From the NCBI GenBank assembly GCA_030390025.1, contig CM059431.1:149546001-149610000 (forward strand): DNA of 64,000 nt, in the 5' to 3' direction. Each line of letters starts with the position of its first letter. Within the stretch, counting starts at the first letter, position 1. Source of the stretch: Squalus acanthias (Eukaryota). Below are positions 12,806 to 26,029 of the stretch, piece by piece. The notes under the pieces were generated by a model. The model did not search any database, was not told the origin of the DNA, and worked only from the letters and a program-made list of their open reading frames with translations. A program made the translations under genes and the position numbers.

Positions 12806-14595
12806 TGACAGGTGTAGAGGTGACAGATCGGGAGACACAGAAAGAGACAGATGGGCGGCAGACTGAAGAGAGACAGACAGCGTGGAGATAGACGGGGGAG
12901 ACATATATTTGGGTACAGATTGGGAGACAGAGAGAGACACACACATGGGGGCGAGACTGATAGAGAGACGGGGATGACAGACGGAGGGAGACAGATGAGC
13001 GTGACAGAGAGAGAGAGACTTACAGCGATGACATTGTGAGAGAGCGAGAAATACGGCGGGATGGATGGGACGAGACAGAGAGGGAGACAGGTGGGGTGGC
13101 ATATGAGGTGAGATAGAGTGTGACAGACACGGGGGACAAAGCTGGCTTGAGGCAGACGGTCAGAGACAGTTGGGGGAAACAGACGGCTGGTGACAGAGAG
13201 AGAGAGAGAGAGAAACCGGCGGGTGTGGGTGGCACGGGGGTGGTCGACAGATGGTGCATGACAGAGAGAGATATATGCAGCGTGAGATAGAGAGAGACCA
13301 ACAGACCCGGGAGAGGAGAGACAGATCAACGGTGTGAGAGACTGATGGAGACAGACTGGGGGGAGGCAGATGGTGGAAGACACAGAAATAGACAGATGGG
13401 GAGAGAGACAGGGGAAGAAAGAAAGTGAACAGACGGTATTGAGGCAGAGAGAGAGAGAGACATATGGTGGGGTGTAACAGATAAAGGGAGACAGATGGGG
13501 TGAGACAGGTGCGAGATTGGGGAGACAGAAGGGGGAAGCAGCTGGAGACATGTGTGGGAGACAGAGTCGGGAGACAAACAGGATGGATAGAAGGTGAGTT
13601 TCACATATGGGAGAGACAGAGCGAGAGAGACAGACGGGAAGACAGCCAGGTGAGACAGATGAGGGAGAAAGAAGGGGGAGACAGATGGCCGGGGCTTATG
13701 GGGAGACAGATGGGGAGACAGATAGGGGAGAAAGACGGGGGAGAGAGACTTAGGAGATAGGCTCGGGGAGACAGAGTGAGAGAGATATATGGGGGTGACA
13801 GAGTGAGAGACAGAACACGGGGATGAGAGACTGATGGAGATAGATGGGGGTAGACAGACGGGGTGAGACAGAGAGAGGGAGAGAAATGCGGGAGACAGAG
13901 AAACAAAAAGACACGGTGAGTCAGACGGGGAGGCAGTTCGATTGGGATTGGAGAGAGAGAGTGGCAGATGGGGGAGACAGACGGCGGAGATATGAATAGG
14001 GGAAACAAAGGCAGAGAGACAGATGGGTGAGATATCAGCAGAGAACGGCGGGGAGACTGATGTTGGGAGAGAGAGCGTGAGAGAGAGAAATACGGAGCAG
14101 AAAAATAGACAGACAGATGGTGGGGGAACAGACCGTGGAGACAGATGGAGTGAGACAGAGAGGGAGAGAGACGGACGGGGAGGGAGACAGGGAGACTGAA
14201 GTGGGGAGACAGAGAGAGAGAGGGAGACGTGGAGACAAATAGCCCGACTGACAGACAGTGGAGCGACAGACCGGGGAGACAGATAGAGTGAGACAGAGAG
14301 AGAGAGATAAACGTGGGTGACAGAGAGATGGAAAGACATGGGGAGTCAGTGGGGGAGACAATTGAAGGGGAGTAGAGCTAGAGTGAGATGGGTAACAGAC
14401 GGGGAGACAGACGGGGAAGACAGAGAGAGACAGATGTTGAGAAACAGACGGGGGAGTCAGACGTAGGCATAAACAGAGAGAGGCAGATTATGGAGAGGAA
14501 AAGAAAGAAACAGACAGGGGGAACAGCCGGGTTGAAGACAGACGCAGAGTACTGTTGAAGGGGTAAGAGAGAGATAGAGAGTCGGGGGAGGGAGC
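12806..14595 (-). repeat. Purine-rich (GA/GACA/AGACAGATGGGG) low-complexity block, complementary in composition to the preceding block
   Basis: Abrupt strand switch at ~12806; the same motifs appear in reverse complement. Confidence 0.95.
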
Positions 14596-16318
14596 CTAGC
14601 CATTATACCGAGACTATGTACCCTAGTTCCTGAAACTCCAGCCAGGAGAACAACCTCGCAGCAGCTACCCTGTCTATCCCCTTCAGAATCTTGTATGTCT
14701 CAATGAGATCACCCCTCATTCTTCTAAACTCCAGAGAGTTTTGGCCCATTCTGCACAATCTCTCAAAAAGGACAGCCCTCTCATCCCAGGAATCAATCTA
14801 GTGAACCTTCGTTATACTGTCTCCATTGCAAGTATATCCTTCCTCAGATAAGGAGACCAAATCTGTGCACAGTACTCCAGGTTTGGTCACGCCAAGGCCC
14901 TGTACAATTATAGCAAGACATCCTTACTCTTATATTCCAACCCCTTGCGATAAAGGGCAACATACAATTTGCCTTCCTTATTTCTTGCTGTACCTGCATG
15001 CTAGCTTTCTGTGTTTCTCGCACGAGGACACCCAAATCTCTCTGAACACCAAAACATGAAAGTTTCTAACCATTTAAAAATTATTCGGTTTTTCTATTCT
15101 TCCGACCAAAATCAATAACCTCACATTTTCCAACATTATACTCTATCTGCCATCTTACTGCCTATTCTGTTTGCATATCTATATGCCTTTGCAGGCTCTT
15201 TGTGTTCTCCTCACAGCATACTGTCCCACTTACCGTTGGTATCATCAGCAAACTTGGATACATTCCACTCGGTTCCTTCATCTAGCTCATTCATACAGAT
15301 TGTAAATAGCTGAGTCCCCAAAACTGAACCTTGCGGCACCGTAATAGTTACATCCTGCCAAACTGAAACAGATGCGTTTATCCCTACTCTCTGTTTTCTG
15401 TCCGGTAACCAATCCTTTATCCATGCTATTATATTACCCCTAACCCCATGAGTCCTAATCTTGTACAATAACCTTTTATATGGCACCTTATCGAATGCAT
15501 TTTGGAAATCCAAATACATTACATCCACTGGTTCCCCTTTGTCTACCCTGCTATTTACATCCTCCAAAATCTCTAATAAATTTGTCAAACACGATTTCTT
15601 TCAAAAAACCATGTTGACTCTGCCTGATCATCTTATGATTTTCTAAATGACTTGATACCACTTCCGTAACAATGGATTCCAGAATTTTCACGTCGACTGA
15701 TGTCAGGCTAACTGGTCTGTAGTTCCTGTTTCTTTTTGTCCATCCATTCTTGAATAGCAGTGTTACATTTGCGACCTTCCAATCCGCTGGGACCATTCCA
15801 GATTCTAGGGAATTTTGGAAGATCAAATCCAATGCATCGAATATCTCTTCAACCACTTCTTTTAAAGCCCTAGGATGTAGGCCGTCAGGTCCAAGAGATT
15901 TGTCAGCTTTTAGTCCCACTAATTTCTCTATTACTTTTGCTCTACTTATATTAATTACGTTAAGTTCCTCACCCTCATTAGACACTTGGTTCCCCGCCAT
16001 TTTTGGTTTGCTTTTTGTGTTTTCTGCTGTGAAGACAGATACAAAATATATGTTTAACTTTTCTGCCAATTACATATTCCCATAATATTTTCTCCTGTCT
16101 CACCCTCTAAGGGAGCAACGTTTACTTTTGCTACTCTTCACCTTTTTACATACTTGTAAAAACTCTTACAATCTGCTTTGATATTTCTTGCTAGTTTTCT
16201 CTCATATTCTATTTTGTCCCTTTTTTAAATTTTTGTGTCAACCTTTGCTGGTTTCTGAAACTCTCGCAATCCTCAGGCTTACTAGTATTATTTGCAGCAT
16301 AATAAGCTTCTTCTTTCA
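14596..16318 (-). mobile_element. CR1 LINE ORF2 (RT) fragment, decayed
   Basis: ORFs 15551-16069 (KSLGPDGLHPRALKE, NYRPVSLTS) and 15211-15588 (YLDFQNAFDKVP, VPQGSVLG, KFADDT), broken by frameshifts. Confidence 0.95.
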
Positions 16319-18393
16319 ATCCAAGGGTTTAATGAGGGTGAGGAAATTAACGTAAATAATATAAGTAGACAAAAAGTACTCGAGAAACTAATGGGATTAA
16401 AAGCCAACAAATCCGATGGACCTGAAGGCTTACATCCTAGGGTTCTAAATGAGGGGCTGAAGAGATAGTGGATGCTTTGATTTTGATCTTCCAAAATTCC
16501 CTAGATTGTGTAATGGTCCCAGCGGATTGGAAGATCGCAAAGGTAACAGCACTATTCAAGAAAGGAGGCAGAACTATAGGCCAGACATCAGTCGTTGGTA
16601 AAATGATGGAATCCATTGTTAAGGAAGTGGTATCAGGGCAGTTAGAACATCAAACATGATTACGCACAGTCAACATGGTTTTTTGAAAGGGAACCAGTGG
16701 ATGTACTATATTTGGATTTCCAAAAGGCATTCATACGTTGCCACATAAAATTTTATAATGCAAGATAGGGCTCACGGGGTTGAGGGTAATATAATAGCAT
16801 GGATAGAGGATTGGTTAACGGACAGAAAAGAGAGAGTAGGGATAAACGAATCTTTTTCAAGTTCGAAAGCTGTAATTAGTGGGGTGCCACAAGGATCAGT
16901 GTTGCGGCCTCAGTTATTTACAATCTATATTAATGACCCAGATGAAGAGACCGAGTGCAATGTATCTAAGCTTGCTGATAATACAAAGCTAGGTGGGACA
17001 GTAAGCTATGAGGCGAGCACAAAGAGTCTGCAAAGGGATATAACTAGACAAAGTGAGTGGGCCTGGATGAGTGCAGCTCCAACAACACTCAAGAAGCTCG
17101 ACACCATCCAGGACAAAGCAGCCCGCTTGATTGGCACCCCATCCACCACCTTAAACATTTACTCCCTCCACCACCTGGGTACCGTGGCTGCAGTGTGTAC
17201 CATCTACGAAATGCACTGCAGCTACTCGCCAAGGCTTCTTCGGCAGCACGTCCCAAACCCGCGGCCTCTTCCACCTAGAAGGACAAGGGCAGCAGGCGCA
17301 TGGGAACACCATCACCTCCAAGTTCCCCTCCAAGTCACATACCATCCTGACTTAGAGGTATATCGCCGATCCTTCATCGTCGCTGGATCAAAATGCTGGA
17401 ACTCCCTACCTAACAGCACTGTGTGAGTACCATCACCAAAAGGACTGCAGCGGTTCAAGAAGGCTGTTCACCACCACCTTCACAAGGGCAACTAGGGATG
17501 GCCAATAAATGCTGGCATTGCCAGCGATGCCCTGATCCCATAAACGAATTAAAAAAACGTTGGCAGATGGAGTATAATGCAGGGAAATGTGATGTTATTC
17601 ACTTTGGAAGGAAGAATAGAAAATCAAAATGTTTTTTAAATGGTTGGAAACTTTCAAATGTTGGTGTTCAGAGAGATTTGCGTGTCCTTGTGCAAGAAAC
17701 ACAGAAAGCTAGCATGCAGGTACAGCTAGCAATAAGGATGTCAAATGACATGTTGGCATTTATTGCAAGGGTGTTGGAAGAGTAAGGATGTTTTGCTGCA
17801 ATTGTACAGTGCCTTAGCGAGAACACACCTGGAGTACTGTGAAAAGGTTTGGTCTCCTTATCTAAGGAACGATATGCTTGCATTGGAGGTGGTCCAACGA
17901 AGGTTCCCAAGATTGATTCCTGGGAAAAAGAGGGTTGTCCGATGATGAGATATTGTGTAGAATGGGCCTATACTCTCTGGAGTTTAGAAGAATGAGAGGT
18001 GATCTCATTGAAACATACAAGATTCTGAAGGGGATTGAGAGGAATGATGGTGATAGGGTGTTTCCCCTGGCTGAAGTGTCAAGAACTAGGGGGCAGAGAC
18101 ACAGGATAAGGGATAGGCCATTTAAGACTGAGATGAGGAAGAATTTCTTCACTCAGATGGTTGTGAATCTTTGGAATTATCTGCACCAGAGGGCTGTGAA
18201 AGCTGAGGCTTTGAGTATATTCAAGGCTGAGTTAGATGGATGTTTGGACTCTATCTGAATGAAGGGATATGGAGATCGGGCGGAAAGTGGATCTGAGTTC
18301 AATGATCAGCCATGATCTTCTTGAATTTCGAAGCAGGCTCGAGGGGTCGTATGGCCTACTCCTGCTCTTATTTCTTATTTTCTTATGTTTTAT
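16319..18393 (+). mobile_element. CR1 LINE 3' half, decayed, containing a nested LINE fragment
   Basis: VPQGSVL, KLADNTKLGG and LYSLEFRRMRGDLIETYKIL motifs. The 3' UTR reads GCAGGCTCGAGGGG...TGGCCTACTCCTGCTC followed by a (TTATGTT)-type tail. Confidence 0.95.
17061..17557 (+). mobile_element. 3' end of a second LINE family (L2/CR1 group) nested in CR1
   Basis: Encodes SAAPTTLKKLDTIQDKAARLIG...VAAVCTIYEMHC and ends in an A-rich tail. It splits the CR1 sequence between SEWA and RWQMEYN. Confidence 0.85.
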
Positions 18394-20495
18394 CAGACAG
18401 ACGACGTGGAGGTGGTTGGAGAGGAGACAGAGAGAGAGGCAGACGGGGAAACAGATGGGAGGAGACAGAGAGAGAGCGAGGGTCAGACCGGCGGGGTGTG
18501 GGGGAGACAGACGGCGGGTGAAAGAGTGAAAAACGATGATAATTAAGGAGAGACGGGGAGGAGAAAGACTGGTGAGACAGAGAGATAGAATGTTCGGTGG
18601 GAGATAGACAGAGAGGAATAGAGCAAGTCGTGGGTGGGGGTTTGGGAGACAGAAAGAGAACAGACGGGGTTGAGACAGAGAGGGAGAGAGAGACCGGCGG
18701 GATGTGGGGGAGACAGACGGGGGATTGCTGAGACAAAGATGTAGACAGATGGGTTGAGAGAGATGCGGGAGAGACAGAGAGCAGTAAGACAGACTGGGTA
18801 GACAGACAGTGGAGACAGCGAGAGTGACATATCTGGGAGACAGTGCGAGTAGCAGACTCGGGAGAGAAGAATTCGCAAGACAGATAGATAGATAGAGAGA
18901 GACACAGAGAGAGAAATACGGTAGAGAGAAAGAGACAGATAAGGAGAGTTAGAGGAGGAAAAAGCCGGAGTGGAGAGAGAGAGGGAAGAGAGAGAGAGAG
19001 ATGGGAAGCAGACGGCGAGACAGAAGGAGGAGACAGGCAACGTGACAGATGGTGCCGAGACAGACGGATTGAGACAGAGAGAGAGAGAGAGAGATGTACA
19101 GGTGTTGAGACAGACGGGGGAGTCAGAGAGAGAGAGATGGACGGTGGAGACAGACGGGTGGATGCAGGGAGAGACAGACGTGGGGATACACAAGAGAGAG
19201 AGACGGTGGAGAGAAACAGAGAGAGACAGACAATGGAAACAGACAGATGCGGAGTGCAGGTGAGGGGGACAGAGAGAGAGACAGATGGGGGTGAGAGCTG
19301 GGGATGAGAAAGACTCGGGAGGACAGAGAGAGACCGACAGCTGGGAGATAGAGAGAGAGTGACAGACCGGCAGGGGATTGACACACTGATGAGGAGAGAG
19401 ACAGATGGTGGGTGACACTGAGAGAGTCAAATGGGTGAGACAGACATTGTTGAGAGATGGGAGGAAGCAGACGGGAGGAGGCAGACGGGGAGGCAGACGG
19501 GGAGGCAGATGAGGGAGAAAAAGAGAGAGAGGCCGAAGGGGTGGAGACAGAGAGAGAGAGAGTCAGATAGTGGGATACGGACTGCAGGGAGACTGATAGG
19601 GAGGAGACAGAGAGAGAGGCAGACAGGGGAACACAGGCAGGAGGAAGCAGACATGGGGAATCAGACTGGTGGAGACAGACAGGTGAGAGAGAGCGAGGGA
19701 GATATATGGGCGAAACAGAGCCTGTGACAGACCCTAGGTTCAAGGATGGGAGAGAGAGACAATTGGAGAGAGATGGAGGAGAGAGATTGAGAGACAGACA
19801 GATGGGGGATGGCATAGAGAGAGAGAGAGAGAGTGAGAGAGAGAGAGACACGGGAGACAGGGAAAGAAAGAGATCTGGGGAGTCAGAGGGGGAGACAGGT
19901 GGAGGGGAGGCAGAGAGAGAGAGAGATGAGAAACAGACGACAACACAGATGGAATGAGACACAGAGAGCTGGACGGGGGAGACAGACGGGTAAAGACAGA
20001 CGGGAGAGACAGACGGGTGGAGACAGAAGGGGTTAGACGTGGGCATAAAATGGTAGAGAAAGACTGTCGTGAGAAACAGAGAGAGAAACAGAGTGGGTGG
20101 AGAAAGATGTGGCGTGCAGTTGAGGGAAGAGAGAGAGAGAGACAGACGTGGGAGAGAGATGCAGAGGAGACAGACTGGGAGAGACAGAGACAGAGACGGC
20201 CAGGTGGGAGTTCAAGAGAGAGTGACAGACCGGTAGCGGAGAGACACACTGACGTGGAGAGAGATGGATGGAGAGAGAAAGGTGGTAGACAGATGGGAGG
20301 AAGTAGACTTAAGAAGGCAGACAGGTGGGACTGAAGGGATGGAGACAGATTGTCAGAGAGGGAGAGAGATGGGGAGGCAGATGGGGAGAAAAAGAGAGAG
20401 GCTTATGAGTTGGAGACAGAGACAGAGACAGAGACAGAGAGATGGTGGGAGACAGATGGCAAGTAGATGTGTAGGGAGGAGACAGAGAGAGAGGC
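18394..20495. repeat. GA/GACA-rich low-complexity block
   Basis: Same composition as 12806-14595; the two CR1 copies interrupt what appears to be one block. Confidence 0.93.
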
Positions 20496-21700
20496 AGGCT
20501 ACAGGACGATATAGATCGGTTGGTCAGATGGGCAGAACAGTGGCAAATGGAATTTAACCCTGAAAAGTGTGAGGTGATGCATTTTTGGAGGACTAACAAG
20601 GCAAGGGAATAAATAATGAATAGTAGGACCCTCGGAAGGACAGAGGATCAGACGGACCTTGGTGTGCAGGTACATAGATCCCTGAAGGCAGCAGGACAGA
20701 TAGATAAGGTGGTTAAAATGGCATATGGGATTCTTGCATTCATTAGCCGAGGCATAGAATATAAGAGCAGGGAGGTTATGATAGACTGTACAAAACGCGA
20801 GTTAAGCCACAGCTGGAATACTGTGTGCAGTTCAGGTCGCCACACTATAGGAACGATGTGATTGGATTGGAGAGGGTGCAGAGGAGTTAACCAGGATGTT
20901 ACCAGGGCTGGAGCGCTTCAGCTATGAAGAGAGACTGGACAGGCTGGGGTTGTTTTCCTTGAAGCAGCGAAGGCTGTGGGGGGACCTGATTGAGGTGTAC
21001 ACAGTTATGAAAGGCGTAGATAGGATAGATAGAAAGGAACGTTTCCCCTTAGTAGATTGGTCAATAACCAGGGGGCATAGTTTCAAGGTAAGAGGCAGGA
21101 GGTTTCGAGGGAATTTGAGGAAAAACTTTTTCACCCAGAGGGTGGTTGGAATCTGGAACTCACTGCCTGAAAGGGTGGTAGAGGCAGGAACCCTCACAAT
21201 TTTCAAGAAGCATTTAGAGGAGCACTTGAAACGCCATAGCATACAAGTCTACGGACCAAGTGCTGGAAAATGGGATTAGAATAGATAGGGCTTGATAGAC
21301 GGCGCGGACACGATGGGCCGAAGGGCCTCTTTCTGCGCTGTATAAATCTATGACTGACATCTCTCCTAAAGCGTGCTGCCAAGAATTTGTACACAATACT
21401 CCAGACGGACCATGAATATAAGATAGTCACCAATAAATCCTTTAAGGAATTCAGGAGAAAGCTCTTTACCCAGAGAGTGGTGAGAATGTGGAACTCGCTA
21501 ACACAGAGATTGGTTGAGGTGAATGGTATTGATCCATTTAAGGGGAAGCATTACAAACACATGGAGCGGAAAGGATTAGAAGGTTATGCTGATAGTGTAA
21601 GATGAAGAGTGCTGGGTGGAAGTCCGTGTGGCGCATAAACACGGGCATAAAGCAGTTGGACTGACTGGCCTGTTTCTGTGCTTTACATTTTATGTCATGT
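20496..21700 (+). mobile_element. CR1 3' fragments (main copy 20496-21356 plus short pieces)
   Basis: ORF 20896-21279 reads [22 protein letters not shown]...KNFFTQRVVGIWNSLP, followed by a CR1-type 3' UTR. Confidence 0.92.
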
Positions 21701-21949
21701 AATGGCTGTTGTTATGAAAGCGCAAATCACGATGGAGACTGACCGTGACGCCTCCCACGGTTCAATAACAACACTCAGCAGTGCTCCCTGAATGAACTGC
21801 TCGAGGAACCCCTACCCCAGCGACAGACAGACCCGTACAGGGTGAACAGTGGACGTTTTGTAATAACTGGATAGACCAATACAAACACTTTCTCAGAATA
21901 ATACTCAGGAATGTGAGGCGTGGGGAATGACAGCCATCTTAGTTTAAAC

Positions 21950-22550
21950 TGCTCCCTCGGAAGGTACAGCACGGGGTTAGCTACAGAGTAAATCTCACTT
22001 TGCACATCCCCATCAAACACTCCCAGGCAGGTACAGCATGAGTTAGATACAGAGTAAAGCTCTCGTTACCCTGTCCCTTCAATCACTCCCAGGGCAGTTA
22101 CAGAACGGATTAGATACAGAGTAAATATCCCTTTTCACTGTCCCATCAGACGCACCCAGGGCAGGTACAGCACAGGGTAGAAACACAGTAACTCTCCCTC
22201 TGAACTTGCCCATCAAGCACTCCCAGGGAAGGTACAGCACGGCGTTAGATACAGAGTAATTCTCCCTCTACACTGTCCCATGAAACAATCTCAGGGCAGG
22301 TACTACACGGGGTTAGATACGGAGTAACTCTCTCTCTGCACTGGTCCATCAAACACTCATAGGGCAGGTACAGCATGGATAGATACAGAGTAAATCTCAC
22401 TCTACACTCTCCCATCAAACACTCCCAGGACAGGTACAGCACGGGGTTAGATAAAGAGTAAAGCTCCCTCTGCACTGCCCCCTCAAACTCGCCCATGGCA
22501 GATACAGCATGGGTGAGATGTAGATTAAAGCTCCCTCTGCACTGCCCCAT
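21950..22550 (+). repeat. 68-bp tandem satellite (left arm of the inverted duplication)
   Basis: Approximate unit TCCCAGGGCAGGTACAGCACGGGGTTAGATACAGAGTAAAGCTCCCTCTACACTGTCCCATCAAACAC, ~9 copies. Confidence 0.93.
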
Positions 22551-22815
22551 TCTGTGTGTGTATGCATGTTTGGGGGTCAACACCACAGCGGGTGTGAGAT
22601 CAGCTCACTCAGCACAGACCGCAGATGGAGCCAAGACCTTCCTGCTCTGTGTGTGAGGGGTTCAGTCCGACACCGGGTGTGATCAGCATAACTCAGTACT
22701 GAGAAGGATGGAGCCTGGGTCTCGCCTGCTCTGTGTGTATGTGGGGCTCCGTACCACACCGGGTGTGAGATCAGGCCAACTCAACAGAGGCCGGGATGGA
22801 GCCTGGGCCTTTCCC
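22551..22815. repeat. Short run of the 80-bp satellite family
   Basis: Contains GAGATCAGCTCACTCAGCACAG...GATGGAGCCTGGG units, as at 1000-1040. Confidence 0.85.
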
Positions 22816-23213
22816 AATGATCATTGCCAACCCAAACTCTCAGTGATGCGCCTCCCTGGGATGCTCAGCTCCAGTCTCTCGGTCAGATCAGTGTTGAGCT
22901 ATCAATTCCTGCTTCTGTCGTCTCAGTGTATTTAAACTAATCCACTTTATTCCTGGATTAACTCTACTGTCCTTCCAACAAGTGGGTTTTGTTTAGCTGG
23001 CAACAGCTCAGTTCTGTGCTATTTTTGGAGATAAAAAATGTGGGATCACACCGAGTAATAAATCACATTCTGTCAATTGATCATTAACAGCGCAAAGGGC
23101 CCACTGCACACAGATTTTTACAGAACCAAGAGGGAAACACATCTCCCTCTGTCTGTAATCTGCTTCTCACTCCGTGTTTGTCCACTATCATCGATCTCTC
23201 CTCGATCTCTTTT

Positions 23214-23505
23214 ACACCGTTGCAGTAAAGGATGCTCCAGAGCATGGTACATCGGCGAGACCATGCAGACACTGAGACAACGTATGAATGGACACCGCGC
23301 AACAATCGCCAGGCAGGAGGGTTGCCTCCCAGTCAGGGAACACTTCAGCAGCCAGGGGCATTCAGCCTCGGATCTGCGGGTAAGCGTTCTCCAAGGCGGC
23401 CTTCGAGATACACGACAGCGCAAAATCATAGAGCAGAAACTGATAGCCAAGTTCCGCACTCATGAGGATGGCCTCAATCGCGATATCGGGTTCATGTCAC
23501 GATAG
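23214..23505 (+). mobile_element. Penelope-like element, GIY-YIG endonuclease C-terminal fragment
   Basis: Translation: RCSKGCSRAWYIGETMQTLRQRMNGH...PVREHF...H...EQKLIAKFRTHEDGLNRD. Confidence 0.88.
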
Positions 23506-23714
23506 AGAACGTGACTTGACATCATGGCCGGTCTTCCCAGGTGTTTTTTTTTTTAAAAGACTAACACAAGAACACAAATTGACAGGATATGCAGCCAGCA
23601 GGTGGTTTGACACGTTGGACCCCCTGGGACACATCTCATTGTCTTGGCTGTGCTCTTTGTTGTAGGGAAAAATGTGAATAGATTTTGTCTGTGTTTAAAT
23701 TGTGAATTCTGGGA

Positions 23715-24290
23715 GATTTCTATCTCCCTATCTATATTTAATAATATCACCTCTCTCTATCTTCGTCTATCTCTACTAAATATTTCTGTCACTCTGTCCG
23801 TCTTGCTCCCTTTTTGTTGTGCTCACTCTCTCTCAGTCTCTGCCTCTCTCTCACTCACTCACTCTGTCTCTGTCACTCACTCTGTCTCTCTCACTCACTC
23901 GCTTTCTCTCTCACTCACTCGCTGTCTCTCACTCACTGTCTGTCTCTCTCACTCACTCTCTGTCCCTCTCACTCACTCTGTCTCGCTCTCTGTCTCTGCT
24001 ACTCTATTTCACAGCACGTAATCTCTGTTTATCTCTCTGTCTCTGTCTCTCTGCCTCAGCCTCTCCTTCTCTGCCTCTCTCTCTCTCACTCCTCTCTGAC
24101 TCTCCCTCTGTCTTTATCTGTCTCTGTCTCTTTATGTATCGCTTTCTCTGTCTCTCACTGGCTGTTTCTCTCTTTGTCTCTCTCGCTCTCCATTATATGT
24201 CCAGCTTTCCCTGTCTGTCTATCTCTCTCACTGTCCCACCTCTATGACTCTCTAACTCTCACTTCATCCTTTTTCTCTTCCTTCTTTAAC
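23715..24290 (+). repeat. CT/CACT-rich low-complexity block
   Basis: (CTCA/CTCT/CTGT)n composition. Confidence 0.9.
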
Positions 24291-24699
24291 ATAAGTACAT
24301 AATAGCATAAGAAATAGAAACAGGAGTGTTTCAGTGTAACAGCAACCTGCTGTCCTCTCTCAGGCTGAGAGCATACCTGCGCCCATCACTGCAAATGCGC
24401 CATTATCCTTGCCATTTCCGCTGCACATCAGCCAGCCAGCCCAGAATGCAGCCGCCCATACCGAGCAAGCGAAGTCTACAGCCGGGCCCTCTAGGTCCAC
24501 AGCTGATCGAGGTGGCCCTACATGGCCATCTGAAGTCTCCCGCCTTCCACCAGCCGTGCTGCAGCCACTGGTGTAGAACTGCGCAGGAGAATCAGTGTAG
24601 GAAAAGGCACACGAACGTCATGCATTAAGGGATTGCGCATGGGTGATTCGTTCATAGTATTTATGCAAATATGTGCGATATATTTATAGATAATTTGTC

Positions 24700-25660
24700 T
24701 TTGGAATCTTTTGTGGTTTCTATCATTTCACCCTTGCGCCCAGGAGGACACTGTGATCCGCCATGAGAAAGGGATTGTATGATGGGGATATGGTGAAATA
24801 CGGGGATCTGGGGTTTCATTCATGCGAATCGGAGGCTGATGAGCAGGTCATGGACGGCCCATCCAAAAGACCTATTGTCTCACTGCCTCCTCCCTCCATT
24901 CTGCTCCACTTCCTTCTCCTCGTCGTCCTCCTCCTCCTCCTCTCCCTCTACCTCCTCCTGAGGTGGTTCTGCAATCCCTGCTGGCAAGGGCTGGACGTGG
25001 TGGCTGGAAGAGTGCTGGCTCACCAGTCTGGCGCAGGAAGAAAGCAAATGGCTGCTGACAGGGAAGCAGGAATTGACAGAGAGGATTTGCGGTGTGTGGT
25101 CGCACTTTGCGGTTATGGAAGATCTCAGGATTGTTATGCGGTGCCTGCAAAGCCTTGGGGAAGCCCTCTATCCTGGCAAAACAACATACAACTCGTCCTG
25201 TTTCTCTCTGGTGATCAGGAAGACAATGTATTCCCTTCTCCTGGTGTAGAGATCCTCAGTGACCTCCCGGATGCAGCGATAGACGGCGAACTGTGCATTG
25301 TTAGCTTCGTCACCCGCTGTAGCCTGGAAGGATCCGCTGGCGAAGAGATTGAGTTCCACGGTGACATTGACTGCCACTGGGAGAGCCGCGGATGCCATGG
25401 TCTGAGGCTGGAGGTCTGGCTGCAGGAGGGGGACAGAGTTCTGTGACCACTTCCTTGGTGAAACGAAGCCCCCTAATGCACTGCCCCTCGCCTAAGTGAA
25501 GATAGGAGAACTGATGTTGGAAGACCATAGGTGGTTAAGGCATCCTGTTGAGAGCCTTTTGGCCCTCCTCCTCCTCCCTCTGCGCACATGGTCCCGTCTT
25601 TCTCGCTCCCTCCGCTGTAAATGCTGGGTGCGAGGTCGACTGTCAGTACAGTCCCCATGA
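24700..25660 (-). mobile_element. PIF/Harbinger transposase remnant (HARBI1-like), frameshifted and internally deleted
   Basis: Fragments read LRFTKEVVTELC, ALPVAVNVTVELNLFASGSFQATAGD...VYRCIREVTEDLY and APHNNPEIFHNRK, followed by an acidic E/D-rich tail. Most of the DDE core after NRK is missing. Confidence 0.85.
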
Positions 25661-26029
25661 CTTATCGCAAGTGTAGATTGAAGCGCCTCAAAAATAATGA
25701 GGACAATTTGGAATTGCCAGAATATTCCCTGATACTAAATAACCTTGAAATAACTAAAGCAAGCTCTTGCAGTGGCACGAATTAGCACACAGCCACTCAA
25801 ACTGCAAAACCCTGTCAGGGGCGAGTTGTTGGTGATGATCCCTTGAAATAGCACCGCTGGAGCCGGCTTCCATGACTATGCAGAGGAGTTCAATTCGCTT
25901 GGCATGCTGGGAGATGCAGCTCCATTCTCGGCACAACATCGCCCGGAGCGACGCAATAAATCGGGAATAAAAAGTTAGTATCAGTAAGGGGATCATGAAC
26001 CTATCGGATTAGTATAAAAACCCATCTGA

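Noticed and set aside
8796..14361. Many 150-340 aa ORFs rich in S/L/P/C or R/E/G (also at 18383-20334, 23814-24302 and 28163-29935)
   Set aside because: They are translations of CT/GA low-complexity DNA that lacks stop codons. They are open in several frames at once and show no domain signal.
16758..17426. 222-aa apparent fusion protein
   Set aside because: It is a chance in-frame junction between a CR1 and a nested LINE fragment.
14596..18393. Twin-priming 5' inversion of a single CR1
   Set aside because: The two halves cover the same part of the element for more than 1 kb, whereas twin priming yields largely non-overlapping segments.
24763..25446. 227-aa + strand ORF with a hydrophobic stretch
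   Set aside because: It is the antisense shadow of the Harbinger remnant; the Leu run mirrors the GAG-rich acidic tail.
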